A stretch of DNA of 58,397 nt, taken from Folioceros fuciformis (taxonomy: Eukaryota). Positions 1-11,699 of the stretch are shown here, in pieces; positions within the stretch are counted from its first letter, which is position 1, and each line of letters starts with the position of its first letter. The stretch spans positions 65,711-124,107 of the forward strand of contig JBNGIO010006294.1 in assembly GCA_049999805.1 (NCBI GenBank). Direction: 5' to 3'. The position numbers and the translations under genes were made by a program. Below the pieces are notes generated by a model. It was not told where the DNA came from and made no database searches. It saw only the letters and a program-made list of their open reading frames with translations.

Positions 1-3
1 CAG

Positions 4-1056
4 GTCCTTATCAAGACGGCATCTGGAAGATTCGAGTCGAGCTGCCTGAGGCCTACCCTTACAAGTCTCCGTCCATTGGTTTTGTGAACAGGATCTATCA
101 TCCCAATGTGGATGAGATGTACGTCGTTTTCTGCACTTCTGTTTGTACTTTCAACCTGCTGGGCAGCTTGTGTGTCGCTTAGACCTGGGAGGATTGTGTG
201 TGTGTGGTGTGGCTTGTCATTTACCTCGGTATAGGTGTGACCACTCTGAGCTTGGGCCTTTTATGGTGGGATACGGGGGAATCGAAAGTAGGGTGGGATG
301 ATTCCTATTACTCTGCAAAAGAATGGGGGGCCTGCCTGATCGGTTTTGTGTTACTAGTTGATCATACGAATCGGGGTCTTGTGATCCTGGTGAAACTAGG
401 CACAACAAGCGTGCACTGTTAGGTCATCGAGACTGCCGTGCCATCCTTCTGAAATGGTGTGGATTTTACATCCTTAAGGACGTTGAGTTGAAGGGCTCTC
501 TCTGTGCTGTGCATGGTGGTCCATGCAGGTCGGGCTCTGTATGCTTGGATGTCATCAACCAAACCTGGAGTCCTATGTTTGGTGAGGCATCTTTTTGATG
601 TCACCTTTGTTAGTATTTGTAACCTTGTCGGTAGTTGGTAGTTGTTTTCGTCAAGAGTTTCTTGGGTGCTTCTGAAGCTGTTGCTTGGTTCATTTGCAGA
701 TTTGATCAATGTCTTCGAAGTGTTTCTACCTCAGCTTTTGCTGTATCCAAACCCGACTGATCCGTTAAATGGAGAAGCTGCAGCCCTCATGATGAGGGAT
801 CGTGAGCACTACGAACAGAAGGTCAAAGGTAACATGCTCACCGTCGAAGTCACCGCTGTTGCCTGGATTGTTTTCACTTGCAGCTGCTGACTTGCTGTTG
901 CTGGCTGTTCGGGTGGTGTCTGCTGCCGCAGAATATTGCGAGAGGTATGCGAAGGCAGAGGATGCTGGAGGGCAGCCCGAGGAAGATACCAGCGACGAGG
1001 AGGGGAGTGATGAATACAGCAGTGACGAAGAAATGGCTGGTCATGCTGACCCTTGA
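4..1056 (+). CDS. Ubiquitin-conjugating enzyme E2 (plant UBC4/5/6 / E2-H type), 5' end outside window
   Basis: Exons ~4-118, 529-581, 700-828, 932-1056 with GT-AG ends give [90 protein letters not shown]..., HPN motif, catalytic Cys, acidic tail. Confidence 0.95.
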
Positions 1057-1494
1057 ATGGTCCCCTCTGTGCTGTCCGTCGAGGAATTAGCTCGCATAAA
1101 GGCTGTGGTAATAATCATTTTCAGGCTGCTGGCAAGTATCCTCTCTTCGGACAAGCTGGGTTGCTGGGATTGAACAAGTACAAAGAATAAGCCAGCTTTT
1201 TGAAGATGGTCGGATTCTTCACTGCACGAGCCCAATTGTACATACCATTTCGGGCTGGTATAAACTGTGGCATCTGAAGTTATCATTCTTTCCTTAACCG
1301 TGTTAGCGCGTTGTAGGTAAGTTGCTTGTCCCATATTCCTGGGAAGGCAGGTGTCAAGATCTTTTAGGTTTATGTGAAACGGTTGTGAGGATCTAAACGG
1401 TCTTGTGATTTGTGGATTTCCATGTCTTGCCTTGAGACGATTGCCTTGAGACGAGCATGAAGAGACGAATGCAACCACCAACCGGAGAGAAAGT

Positions 1495-2439
1495 TCAAAG
1501 CTTTGTATACAGCAATCGGTACAAAGTTTCCCCTCCAGCCAGAGCATGCACTTCTCGTTCGGTGGGAATTCCTATGGGGTTGTCCCGCAGCCAACCATTT
1601 TCATAAACGCACGCGGGATCATCCTCATGGGCAGCACGAATTGCAACTCCCAGCAAATCATCAAACTGCTGCCTCATATCCTCCGCGACCTCCTTCACAT
1701 CAGACTGCAAAAAAATTTGGCCTCCGGGTGCCAGGTGCTTGACGACGGCATCGACCAGCGTCTTCTGCACAATCCGCCTCTTGTGATGCCGTTTCTTAAA
1801 ATGCGGATCCGGGCACAAGATGGAAATTTGCGTGACCGAGCCGGGGTAGGTAGACAGGATGGAGTCCAGCATGAACGTCGCATTCGCAAGCATGAAGTGC
1901 ACATTTCTCAGGTGAAGTTCCTGAGCCCACATCCTGGACCTGTCCACCAGCTTTTCCCGCACATCGAGCCCCAGGAAATTGAGGGATTCCGGATTCCGCT
2001 TGGCCAGCATCAAGACAAACCTGCCGCTCCCGCAACCTATGTCCACGGCCAGCGGGAGTGCAGGATGGTCGTACACTTGCTCCCACCTGGGGGGAGTGAC
2101 CGGAGCCATGAGCTTGGCCTGGAGGGGATTCACATGCTGCCTAACCCTCACTCTCCCGACATGATCCGCAATCTCCTTGATATTCAGCTCCGCAAAGGGA
2201 TCCTCTGCCTCTTCGGCATCCGTTTCGCCCACGGCCAAGCTCTCGCGCACCGCCTTGCTGCATAGCTTGCTCCGACGTGAGTGTATCGGAGAAAACAGGA
2301 ACAGAGGGGTCAGCTGCAACAGAGACGTCACCTGCTCCCTCGTGGCCTTCACTACGTGCCAAGCTGGATTCCCGAGCTGCCCCGAATAGCCGTGAGGCAC
2401 CCGTAGCCTTGCCACTGCCATGTTCACATTGAAGCTCAT
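1495..2439 (-). CDS. trmB: tRNA (guanine-N7)-methyltransferase, TrmB-like, with N-terminal organellar targeting extension; single exon
   Basis: 314-aa ORF with RVRQHVNP, VDIGCGSG (SAM motif I), CPDPHFKKRHHKRR, QSDV, PTERE motifs; start may be ATG 2439 or 2421. Confidence 0.92.
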   Translation of the reverse strand: MSFNVNMAVARLRVPHGYSGQLGNPAWHVVKATREQVTSLLQLTPLFLFSPIHSRRSKLCSKAVRESLAVGETDAEEAEDPFAELNIKEIADHVGRVRVRQHVNPLQAKLMAPVTPPRWEQVYDHPALPLAVDIGCGSGRFVLMLAKRNPESLNFLGLDVREKLVDRSRMWAQELHLRNVHFMLANATFMLDSILSTYPGSVTQISILCPDPHFKKRHHKRRIVQKTLVDAVVKHLAPGGQIFLQSDVKEVAEDMRQQFDDLLGVAIRAAHEDDPACVYENGWLRDNPIGIPTEREVHALAGGETLYRLLYTKL

Positions 2440-2449
2440 CCCGTACAGC

Positions 2450-2686
2450 CCTAAGACGCCATCGCATCACAACATACCACTGGACATTTTGTCATCGCTG
2501 GTGAGAAGGTCGGCAAGTCAGGAGTCGCCTAAAACGCCATCGGATCACAACACACCACTGAACATTTTGTCAGCTTTGGAGGGAAGCTCGGCAAGTCACG
2601 AGTCGCCTAAAACGCCGTCGGACCACAACATACCACTGAACATTTTGTCATCGTAGGTGGGAAGGTCGGCACGTCAGGAATCGCCT
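2450..2686. repeat. 78-bp tandem repeat, 3 units, between divergent genes
   Basis: CCTAARACGCC unit starts at 2450, 2528, 2606 and partial at 2684 (exact 78-bp period); core CACAACAYACCACTGRACATTTTGTCA conserved. Confidence 0.9.
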
Positions 2687-2868
2687 CACTCCGCACTCAT
2701 TTCATGTAGCCTAACAGTTTGCAGCCTAATTCGGCCCCATCCAGCCTAACAACTTGCATGGTGGATTTGATTGTTAAAACCTGCCGCAATTTGGGCGCTT
2801 GGTCTTCACCACTTCTCCACGAGACAGATTGCAGCTCTCGGCTGAGAACCAACAGCACGGCTTGTAAG

Positions 2869-4268
2869 ATGGCTGACAAACCAGCTCGTGCTCTGCTCAT
2901 CTATGGCGATGGTCTGGCGGGGGTTCTGGGGTCTGAGCACACCAATCTTCATGCTCTGGCATCAGTAGGATGTTGTGGGTTTCTCGCGCTTCGGACAACT
3001 GCTTCATCAGGTTGGGATGGATGAGCCCTGTCATGTCGTGTCCTGCGTGCGGCCACTGGAAACATGTGATGACCTAAGTTGATGTCCAACAGAAGTAGAG
3101 GAAGAGCGTGTGCTCTCTGAAATGGCACAGCTTCTTGACGTGCAGGAGGTTTATTCGGTGAAGACCGGACTCAGCTGTCTTGGATGCGTGTCAAGTCACA
3201 CTGACACAGCTTGAAGCTCATGGTGGAATGTTCTTGCTTGTAGGATACTGCCAAAGCCGAAGATCTTGCTTCTTGTGGAGAAGGAACTAATGCAGACAGT
3301 GATATGCCCTCCCTTTCTCAGAAGTGCGTTGTGCATAATTCCGGAATGCTGCTTTGCTTAATGTGGGATGCCGAGTTGCTGCTCATTTGATGGGCGGTTG
3401 TGTCAACTTTCCAGATTCATGGGAATCAAGGCTTCCCTGATCACCAACTCTAAGCCTGCTGCAGCTCTGGGTGTCCGAGCAGGCTTCTCTGTGAAGGCTA
3501 TGCACGGCAGCAAAGATGATGGCACAAAACTGCCGGATCCGGCAGCTCTGGCATCTGCATCTTTGCAGATGTTGAACCTTTCTGAAGAGCTTACAGGTGC
3601 TGCTGATTTCGACCTCGTCCTTTTGCACGTCCACGGCATTCATGAAGACGATGCTGCACCACAGGGAGAGCAGCATTCCTACCTTTCTGCAGCACAGGGG
3701 CTTGCCTGGGTGGATAATCTGGTTGGGAAGTTGACACAGCTGTCACAACCTGGAACAAAAGCTTCCAACCATTTGTATCTTGCTGTTGTCCTGGGCTACG
3801 GCACACAGAGTTTGTCGGCCAACGACTATCCATCCCTGACGTCCATAGGCAGCTTCCCTGAGGAGCTTTCCAAGTTCCGCCCAAGGCAGAGCTACACAGT
3901 CAAGGGCGGGCATGTTGTGGAGGACATCAGGTGAGTCCCCCTCTCCGCCAAACTTTCGAGGCATTGTCACTCACTCACCTTGCCTGCTGAAGCCTGGTAC
4001 AATGTTGGTGCAGGCAGCAATCTCCCTTGCTCGTGGTCCAGCATCTGAATGCAGTTACACGCCGTGACAAAGCCAAGAGCTTCAGTTTCCAGGAATTCAG
4101 CAAGGTAAGCCTTGTTCACGTGAGTTAGAGATGTTCTCAAGCAGCATCGTAGCTTTCTAAGGTCTTCATACCGGTATGCAGCACGGAGGGAATCTTGCCA
4201 TCCTTGCAGACCGATTTCTTCATGAAGTGGCGTTCAAGCTTTGGAAAGCCCCCAAATATGGTGCTTGA
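2869..4268 (+). CDS. Conserved plant uncharacterised protein (MADKPxRAL... KAPKYGA family), distantly ApgM/alkaline-phosphatase-superfamily-like
   Basis: Multi-exon; start MADKPARALLIYGDGLA at 2869, large exon ~3415-3931, last exon HGGNLAILADRFLHEVAFKLWKAPKYGA-TGA ending 4268; GT-AG introns. Confidence 0.8.
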
Positions 4269-5010
4269 TTGGGGCTCAAGCCAGGTGCTCACCTTCACCA
4301 GGAGTTGCTCAAGCCAGGAGGGGGTTGAATAAAATTGCTCAATGTATGACCTTTCTTGCCACATTTCCTGAAGGGAAGAAACTCAAGGCCTTCGAGGGGG
4401 GCGGGGGGAGAGCAGTTGCAAAAGTGGCGGCTTGAAGCCACTTTTGAGCTTAAGCCAGTCCGGTCAGGGGAGCAACCCGCAGCAAGGACTGGGGGATTGC
4501 CAAAGTGGGAGCCTATGAACACAGTTGTTGATGGCTCTTTGCCACGCATGTTTGATGTCGTGTCGTCTAGAGGTGGCCTGGATGTGGAAAACAATGGTCC
4601 CAACTTTGCTGCTGATCGATGACTGTCCTGACTGAAATACTGACATGTATGGGGCGCATGCTAGTCAGTCCAGTGTGACGTTCGACAGGGAGTGATCGTA
4701 GCAGGTGAAAACATATTTTTGGCAGATGCCGTTTTCTTTCTGAGCACAAACCAGTTACACATTTCAAGACGTGATGCTCCAACACTGGTCTGCACATGCG
4801 AGGGGGGAGACATGTGAAGGGACGAGAGTTGGCAGCTGGAAGCGGACGTTGACAACCAGCAACATATTGCCAACGCGAGGAGGAACCCGGATCGCTGCGT
4901 AGATAAAGTGGGCAGAGATGCAGCTGGAAATGCCGGGCTGCGGCGAGGAGAGGCAGGCCGTGACGGCGCGCGCACAACATCCGACCGCCATCTTCAATGA
5001 AGCTAGTCCG

Positions 5011-7077
5011 TCACGGCTGTTGCACAACAATGTGTTGTACCTGCTGCTTGTGGTTGGTAGAAGCAGGCCGTTTCCCGTAAATCGCCTGGTAGACCGGACG
5101 AGTACGGGAGATGAGAACGAGATTGAGCACCACGCCTAGGAGGCAGACGGCAGTCATAAGCAGGAAGGTGAAGCGGAAGCAGACGGCGCCGTGGCACAGC
5201 AGGGAGTCCTCTGCAACAAAGTAACCGCCGCTCTGCTTCTCAGCCTCGTAATCGTAGATGCGGCCCGCAATGACACCGGAGAAAAGCAGCGAGCCCAGGG
5301 GCATGGCGACGGTGATGAAGTTGTAGATGGTGCCAAAGTAACGCAGGCCGAAGAGCTCGGAGGCGGTGGCGGGCACGATGGACCAGTGCGCGCCGTAGCC
5401 GAGCCCTACCAGGAGGCAGCCGACGTAGAGGGAGCCGGGGAAGGCGAAGGCGAAGAGGAGATGGCCCACGGCCATGACGGCCTGCGCGACCGCTAGTACC
5501 ACGGAGCGAGGGGAGGCATACTTCTGCACCAGCCGCTCCGATACATACCCGCCCCCAATGCGGCCGAGGAAGTTGAAGATGGAGATCATGGAGACGAAGA
5601 TGTGCGCATTAGGGTATCCCTGCGCCTGCCCCATCTGACCCAAGTTGTCGATGGCGGTGAGGCCGGACCCAGCCCCGCACCACAGCCCGAAGAAGAGCAG
5701 CCAGAAGTCCGCCTTCCGCAGCGCCTGCAACAGCGTGAAATCCTCTCCGCGGTGCGGCCCGGGCTTGCGCCTGCGCACCTTCACGGCTCCCTCCGAGATT
5801 GCCTGCAGGAGCCGATTATAGCTGCGCTCGATCCGGCGCAGCCGTTCCTGCTCATCCTCGGGCTTGCGGTCGTGCGCGTCCTCGAGTTCGCTGAACTCCG
5901 CAGCCGCTTGCTGGTGATGGATGTGCACCTCGTATCCGGGCCTGCTGCTCTCCTCCACTGCCTTCGTCTCCGCGGGAAGCAACGCAGCCCCGAGGGACCC
6001 GGAGTCTGCCGGTTCCAGCTCCGAGTTTGCCGCGGCACGGATGGCCGTCACCAGCGGGAGCAGCAGCAGCGCCAGGAGCAGCACGGCGAAAAGCACGCTC
6101 ACGGCCCCAGCAACCGTCACGAGATCCTGCAGCAGCATCACTCCCATGAGGTACGCCGCCAACGCCAGGCATACCCCGTAGATGAAACTGAAGTTGGAAT
6201 CCTCCACTGGATCGAGACTCGCCATGACCGCCGGATCCCCGACGGGACGAATCACCGGCGCGAACAGCACAGCCACCAGAGCCGGCCCGACCGCTACCAT
6301 ATACACGAACGCGGCCTGGTCCGGGGCGTACATGGCCGTGTAGAGCACAGTGAAGATGGCGCCGCTCAACCCTGTGAAGCCCTTCAAAATTCCCACGATC
6401 GGACCCCGGCTCTTGGGAAAGTTCCGCACACAGGCCACCAAGGCTGCGGTGTTGAAGTATGTCTCCCCGTTGGTGCCGATGAAGATGAGAATGCAGATCT
6501 GTCAAGTCACATCAGCGCACACACAACAGACAACCGTCCTCAGTATCTCGCCGTGTTTTGCCACACTTGCGTCACCTACTCATCATGACCAACTCCAGAG
6601 GGGAGGGAAGTGGAGGAGGAGTGGCAGAAAAAAGGGAGAAGGACGAGGGGGCCGAAGACACATCATGGGCTGCAAACGACAGAAGAGACACCACTCTAGG
6701 ATTGAGGAGGAGAAGGGGGAGGATGAAGGTGAGTGTGTGAAACGTACCCCCCAAAAGGGAAGCGGACCCACTCTCCCCGTGAGCATGAGCCAAAGCCAAC
6801 CATAGCCGACGAGATTCTGCGCCGCGCCGAGCAGAAAGAGCGCCCAGATGGGGAGAACGTCGCAGAGGAGGCCTGCGAACAGGCCGACGCTGTCACCCAT
6901 GTCCTTGGCCACGCCCAGCCCGCTGATCTGCTTCTGGTTGTACCCGAACTCGGACTTGATGATGGGGGAGTAGTTGCCGAAGACGTAGCCGATTCCGGCG
7001 CAAGCCTGCACCCAGATGGCGGCCACCAGCACCAGCCAGCGGCTGTTCACCACGGAGCGGAGCGTGGTGGCGGCCAT
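5011..7077 (-). CDS. Nodulin-like MFS transporter (NFD4-like)
   Basis: Exon1 7077-6748 (RWLVLVAAIWVQACAGIGYVFG..KDMGDSVG), exon2 6498-5011 (GTNGETYFNTAALVACVRNFPKSRGPIVGILKGF, GEDFTLLQAL, SELFGL). Confidence 0.95.
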
Positions 7078-8250
7078 GGTGCCCGGCCTCGAGCTCGGGA
7101 ACAAGCTCCGACTCCGGCTCCGGCTTCCGGCCCTGGATACCGCTGCTTCTTCTGCCTCTGCTTCTGCCTGGGCTGCTGCTGGAGGTCTTGATCATCGCTG
7201 GTGGCGCCGAATGATGCCTGCCTCAGTTGCTTTGGAGTAAAATACAGGAAGCGGAGCACAGACGACACCGCAGATGAGCCCGGATCGAGTGCTAGGAGAC
7301 TCCATGTCACCGTCAGGCAGGGAGGGAGGGGGCCACGGATGGTTACCGCCTCGCCTCGCAGCGTGGTCCCCACCATCCACCGCACCAGTGGAGCGGAGCG
7401 GGAGCGGAGCGCAGGTCACGGCTCCTGGCCCAAGACAGTTCCGGCAACCCCTCCTCGCCCCCACTCTCTTGCGAGCTTACGTGTCACCCACTCCAGCGCT
7501 CGATTTCGTCATCCTCGGGTCGGGCCAATGGGGAAGCAGCTGTATAAGTGAAGATGGCGCGCCTCAATACCTCTCTTGTGGCTGCTGCTTCCGCAGCCGC
7601 ACATGTCCCACATGTATTGTATCCCAGGCTCGTCTTCCAAAGCAGAGCATCCTCCATTGCATCCCTTCCATGTACACATGCTTGGCCTTCGCTCGAGCAA
7701 GCTGACCTGGACTATCTGCAGGCTTTGCAGCCGGCATTCCTGGCCACAGCTAGCATTCCAGGCACCACATGGCAACTTTACAGGTCCTTTTTGTCGGCTG
7801 GAAGCTGGATCAGCAACTTCCTTGCCCCCTTCGCACTGTACTGGCCTAAACAGGCCAGGCCTGGCCTGGACCGGACTGGCGGACTGATCTGATGAGGGGT
7901 GCTGAAACCTGACCAAACCACACCACACCACACAACCAAAATTTCTAAGATGTTACTTCCGCTCCGCTCCACCATCTCTGAACACACACATACGTACACA
8001 CGTAGGGAACCACCCTGCTCGCTGAAACCCGGTAAATCCGTTCTCTGCAACGCCGAACATACTCTCCTCTCTTCGAAGAGGAACATTCCCTCCTCCCTGC
8101 CACGCAAGAGGTCCTCCCTCTCTGCCACACAGGATATCCATCCTCTCTCTAGAATAGTATACTCACAACAACGCACGCATGCTCCTGCAGCCATCTTCTC
8201 TCCACGGCCACGCATACTCCCTCCACATCCTAGCTTGGCACCAAAATTTG

Positions 8251-9597
8251 TCACACCGCCAAGGACGGCTCTCGTCTTGCGGACCTGGAAAATCGGGAAG
8301 GGTCGAAGGGGGATAGATCCACTGAGCTGGCAGCGCCATCTGAGATGAGCTCGGACAGAGAGGCTCCAGTGACCGGCCCATTGAGGATGCCCCAGCAGCC
8401 ATGGCCTGTTCCCACGAAAAGCCTGTCCACGCCAGGTATTCTGCCGATCAGCGGGATCCCGTCCTGGGAACATGGGAGGAAGCAGGCTTGCTCTACCACG
8501 ACCTCCGCTCCCGCCAACTTGCTAGACACGGTGGACGCCACTCTGTGGACAAACTGCAGGGCCTCCGGCTCCGGCCGGATTAGGTCAGGGTCGTCCGGAA
8601 CAGCCACCTTCTCCGATATCCCGCACACGTACACCTCTCCGCTGCCTCGAGGGTATATCTCCGGCTCCACCGTCCGGCCATCCTCGGTTTTGTACTCGAG
8701 GAACAAGCAGTGCGCGGAGATGGCATCCGGTTGCTGCGGGAGGAGCACCACGCTGTGCGCCTTGAGCCCCGTAATGGTGGTGAGCCGGGACAGCAGCTCC
8801 ATCTTCCCCGACCAGGGCCCCAGGGCCAGCACAACGCCGTCGGCTGCCAAGAAGCTCTCCTCCCCGTCCCTGGTTGCAATCACCACTCCCTCAGCCCGCG
8901 CATTCGAGGAGGATGAGGAGTCCCACGAGGCCTGGCCACCGAGAATCCTGACCTCCTTCACCTCACCGAAGACGAGCCGTGCCCCAAACTTCTCCACAGC
9001 CGTGTCCAAAACCTTCCTGGTGAAAAGTTGCGGGTGCAGCTGCGCATTCGTCTCCGGAGTCCCAATCACGTCAACCTTCCCTACCACCGGCCCGTCCACC
9101 CACGCCGGAAGCGAGCTCCTAATGCCGGAGCCGGGACTCTTCGACTCCTGCATGCCGAAGCTGAGAGCTCCCACCCGCCGGTATCCGTAGCTCTCCGCTC
9201 CTCCGAGCTCCTCCGCCAGCTGCTCGTGCATCCGGAAGCTAACTCGGGCCAGCTTACCCAAAGGCCCCGAGTCGCACCAGTCCAGCGCCAAAAATCCGCC
9301 TGCCTTCCCGGATGCCGCGCAGGCCACGCTGCACTTCTCCACCACCGTCACCCGCACTCCCTTCTGCGCTAGGAAGTAAGCCGTACAGGCTCCGATCACT
9401 CCCGCCCCGCACACCACCACGCTCTCTGCCTTGCCCTCCTCCTTCACTTCCGCCATGGCCGAAGCACACTTCCCTCCTCCTCCTCCGAGTCTTGCTCCCT
9501 CACCCCTGAAGCCTGCCGCGATAGCCCCACACCGCGAACTCCAAGCCTGGCCGACACGCAGGCTGCTCATCCCGGCGCAATGCCTCCCGAGTTGCAT
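8251..9597 (-). CDS. FAD-dependent oxidoreductase, DAO/glycine-oxidase family (TDA3-like); single exon
   Basis: 448-aa ORF with VVVCGAGVIG Rossmann motif, AASGKAGGFLALDWCD, C-terminal GHGCWGILNGP; N-terminal extension before MAEVK could be a transit peptide. Confidence 0.92.
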   Translation of the reverse strand: MQLGRHCAGMSSLRVGQAWSSRCGAIAAGFRGEGARLGGGGGKCASAMAEVKEEGKAESVVVCGAGVIGACTAYFLAQKGVRVTVVEKCSVACAASGKAGGFLALDWCDSGPLGKLARVSFRMHEQLAEELGGAESYGYRRVGALSFGMQESKSPGSGIRSSLPAWVDGPVVGKVDVIGTPETNAQLHPQLFTRKVLDTAVEKFGARLVFGEVKEVRILGGQASWDSSSSSNARAEGVVIATRDGEESFLAADGVVLALGPWSGKMELLSRLTTITGLKAHSVVLLPQQPDAISAHCLFLEYKTEDGRTVEPEIYPRGSGEVYVCGISEKVAVPDDPDLIRPEPEALQFVHRVASTVSSKLAGAEVVVEQACFLPCSQDGIPLIGRIPGVDRLFVGTGHGCWGILNGPVTGASLSELISDGAASSVDLSPFDPSRFSRSARREPSLAV

Positions 9598-10176
9598 ACC
9601 CTTCGCCTTCCCGGCATCCGCTCACGAAACTTCGCCCGACCTTCTCCGTTTCCACTCATAATCAACTGCTATTGTCAGTTCATCACTTTCTATCTCCCAT
9701 CAAGGCAGACCTTGGGCCAAGGAGGATGAAGAAGCATAAATCCAAGCCACCCCATAGCACCAAGCCTTTTATTTTACCTCCGAAACGAAGACGGCGCTTC
9801 GGTTCGTGATAAGTTGGGTGGGATATTAATGAAGTAATATATGCCTATATGTATCCTTCCTCTTCTACGTACGCAAAGTACAGTCGGAGGAAGAAAAGGC
9901 GTAAGCCAATGCGGTGTAGATGGCATGGCCTCATTTCTTGCGGGACTGGATTCGTTGTGTGAGAAGGTGAGATATAAGCGCATGCGAGGATGCCCTTGTG
10001 TCCAAGCCTGGAGGGAATGGGCAGTGATTCGGATGCAGAGGAGACGTGGGCGGAGGGAATCTGTGCATGGGCCAAGCTTGGAATAGTACCTCGGGACAAG
10101 ATATGCCGATTTGGTATTAAGCTACTGTTTTGTGACGCATGAGCGGGGCAAGCTTGTCTGCGGCCTTGTGCCTATT

Positions 10177-11385
10177 ATGTCCCTCTGCCTCGGCGGTGGC
10201 GCGCTCTTAGGGGGCCCTCTCGGCAGGCTACTCCCTCCCACTCTCCATGGCATAAGGCAAATCGGGCCAAGTGCACAGAACCGCTGCCGTTGTCGAGGCC
10301 TTGGTGCTGGCACTTGCAACTGCGTATGCTCGGCGGGCAAGGGGGAATCTGTGGACAGCGCACACCTGAGGGCGGGAGCGGCGGCCCCGTCATTGCAACG
10401 GGGTCCTACGATGACTGTTGAGGCGACCAAGGAGAACAGCGGCCAAAATGAGGGAGTCAAGCTGCTGCTCACCTTGGTCATTGTCGAGCAGGACGGCAGG
10501 TTGCTGCTCGGCATGAAGAAACGAGGGTAACGCGATTTCGCCATGCTGCTTGTCTGCTCCCATGCTCCAAACACGTCAGTTGGGACGAGGGAGGCTGACG
10601 GTGCCTCCGCCTGTTGGCAAGATTTGGTGAGGGCTTCTACAATGGGTTCGGTGGCAAGGTGGAAGCGGGGGAAACGATTGAGGAGGCAGCGGCAAGGGAG
10701 GTGCGGATCTGGAGCTGTTCGTTTTCGTTGCCTGTCTCCTGACTTGTTTTGTGCTCTTCAAACTTTTTTCTGGAACGGGGCTTTGTTGGCAGCTCGAGGA
10801 GGAAGCTGGGATTGCTGCCGTTGAGATGGTTAAAAGAGGCATTCTGACCTTTCACTTCGATGATAAGCCTGTCCCTTGGGAGGTAATGCTCTTCTCTTGA
10901 TCGTGTCATGATATGGGTATGGCAACTCTCTTTGTTGTCACTCTAGGTCGTGACGCTTCCGCGCCTGTCTCTGCAGGTGCATGTGTTCCATGTGCGGGAG
11001 TTTACTGGTGAACCCTGCGAGACAGAGGAGATGTCTCCCATCTGGTTTTCCTTGGCAGATATTCCTTACGGTGCGTTGATGTACACGTTTGTGCTGGAAC
11101 CACCCAAATGTATCACTGCTCAGACAATCTGTCTCACCGGGTGGGTATGTTTTATCTGTGGATCCAGATAAAATGTGGAAGGATGACGTTATTTGGTACC
11201 CGCCGTTTCTGAAAGGTGAGCACTTTGTTCCTCCTCGTTGTACTCTTACGGAATTGAGGTGGCCACGTTATTGTCTTCCCAACCTGAGGTTTGTTCACTT
11301 TACAGGTCACTCCTTCCGCGGAGAATTTTTTTTCCAGTCTCGTGATTTGATTTCCCACTCTCTGCAAATCGTACCTGTTCTGTAA
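10177..11385 (+). CDS. Nudix hydrolase, MTH1/NUDT1-type oxidised purine nucleoside triphosphatase
   Basis: Six short exons join to [42 protein letters not shown]...VHVF...ETEEMSPIWF..IPYDKMWKDDVIWYP; Nudix box intact; start either ATG 10177 (presequence) or 10411. Confidence 0.9.
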
Positions 11386-11699
11386 CACGGCGATGCCTCT
11401 CTTTTCATTTAGGGACATTTCCCTGCTTTCAAAGTAGAAGCCCAGCAGAACAATGGCGGTCAGGTTGTACTCTGTGCTTAGCAGATCTGCGACAAACTAA
11501 TCTTCACTCCTGGTGCTCTGGGAACAACAATTAAATTAATCAATTTCTCTGTCCTCGAGAGACTAAATGATCGTTTCCTGCCGAATCTGGAGAAGACAGT
11601 ATGAAAGGTCCTACCTAAAGTAAGGACAAAGCCCAATTTTATGATGATCAAAAACTCAATTTCATGACTTTGGACACGCATTCTAGTCACTCCGACTCG

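Noticed and set aside
2450-2686. 78-bp repeats as CRISPR array or snoRNA cluster
   Set aside because: Whole unit is repeated with no unique spacers; eukaryotic context; no convincing C/D boxes
5602-6588. 328-aa + strand ORF (also 1546-2265 and 8345-9190)
   Set aside because: Antisense shadows of GC-rich coding exons on the minus strand; no motifs
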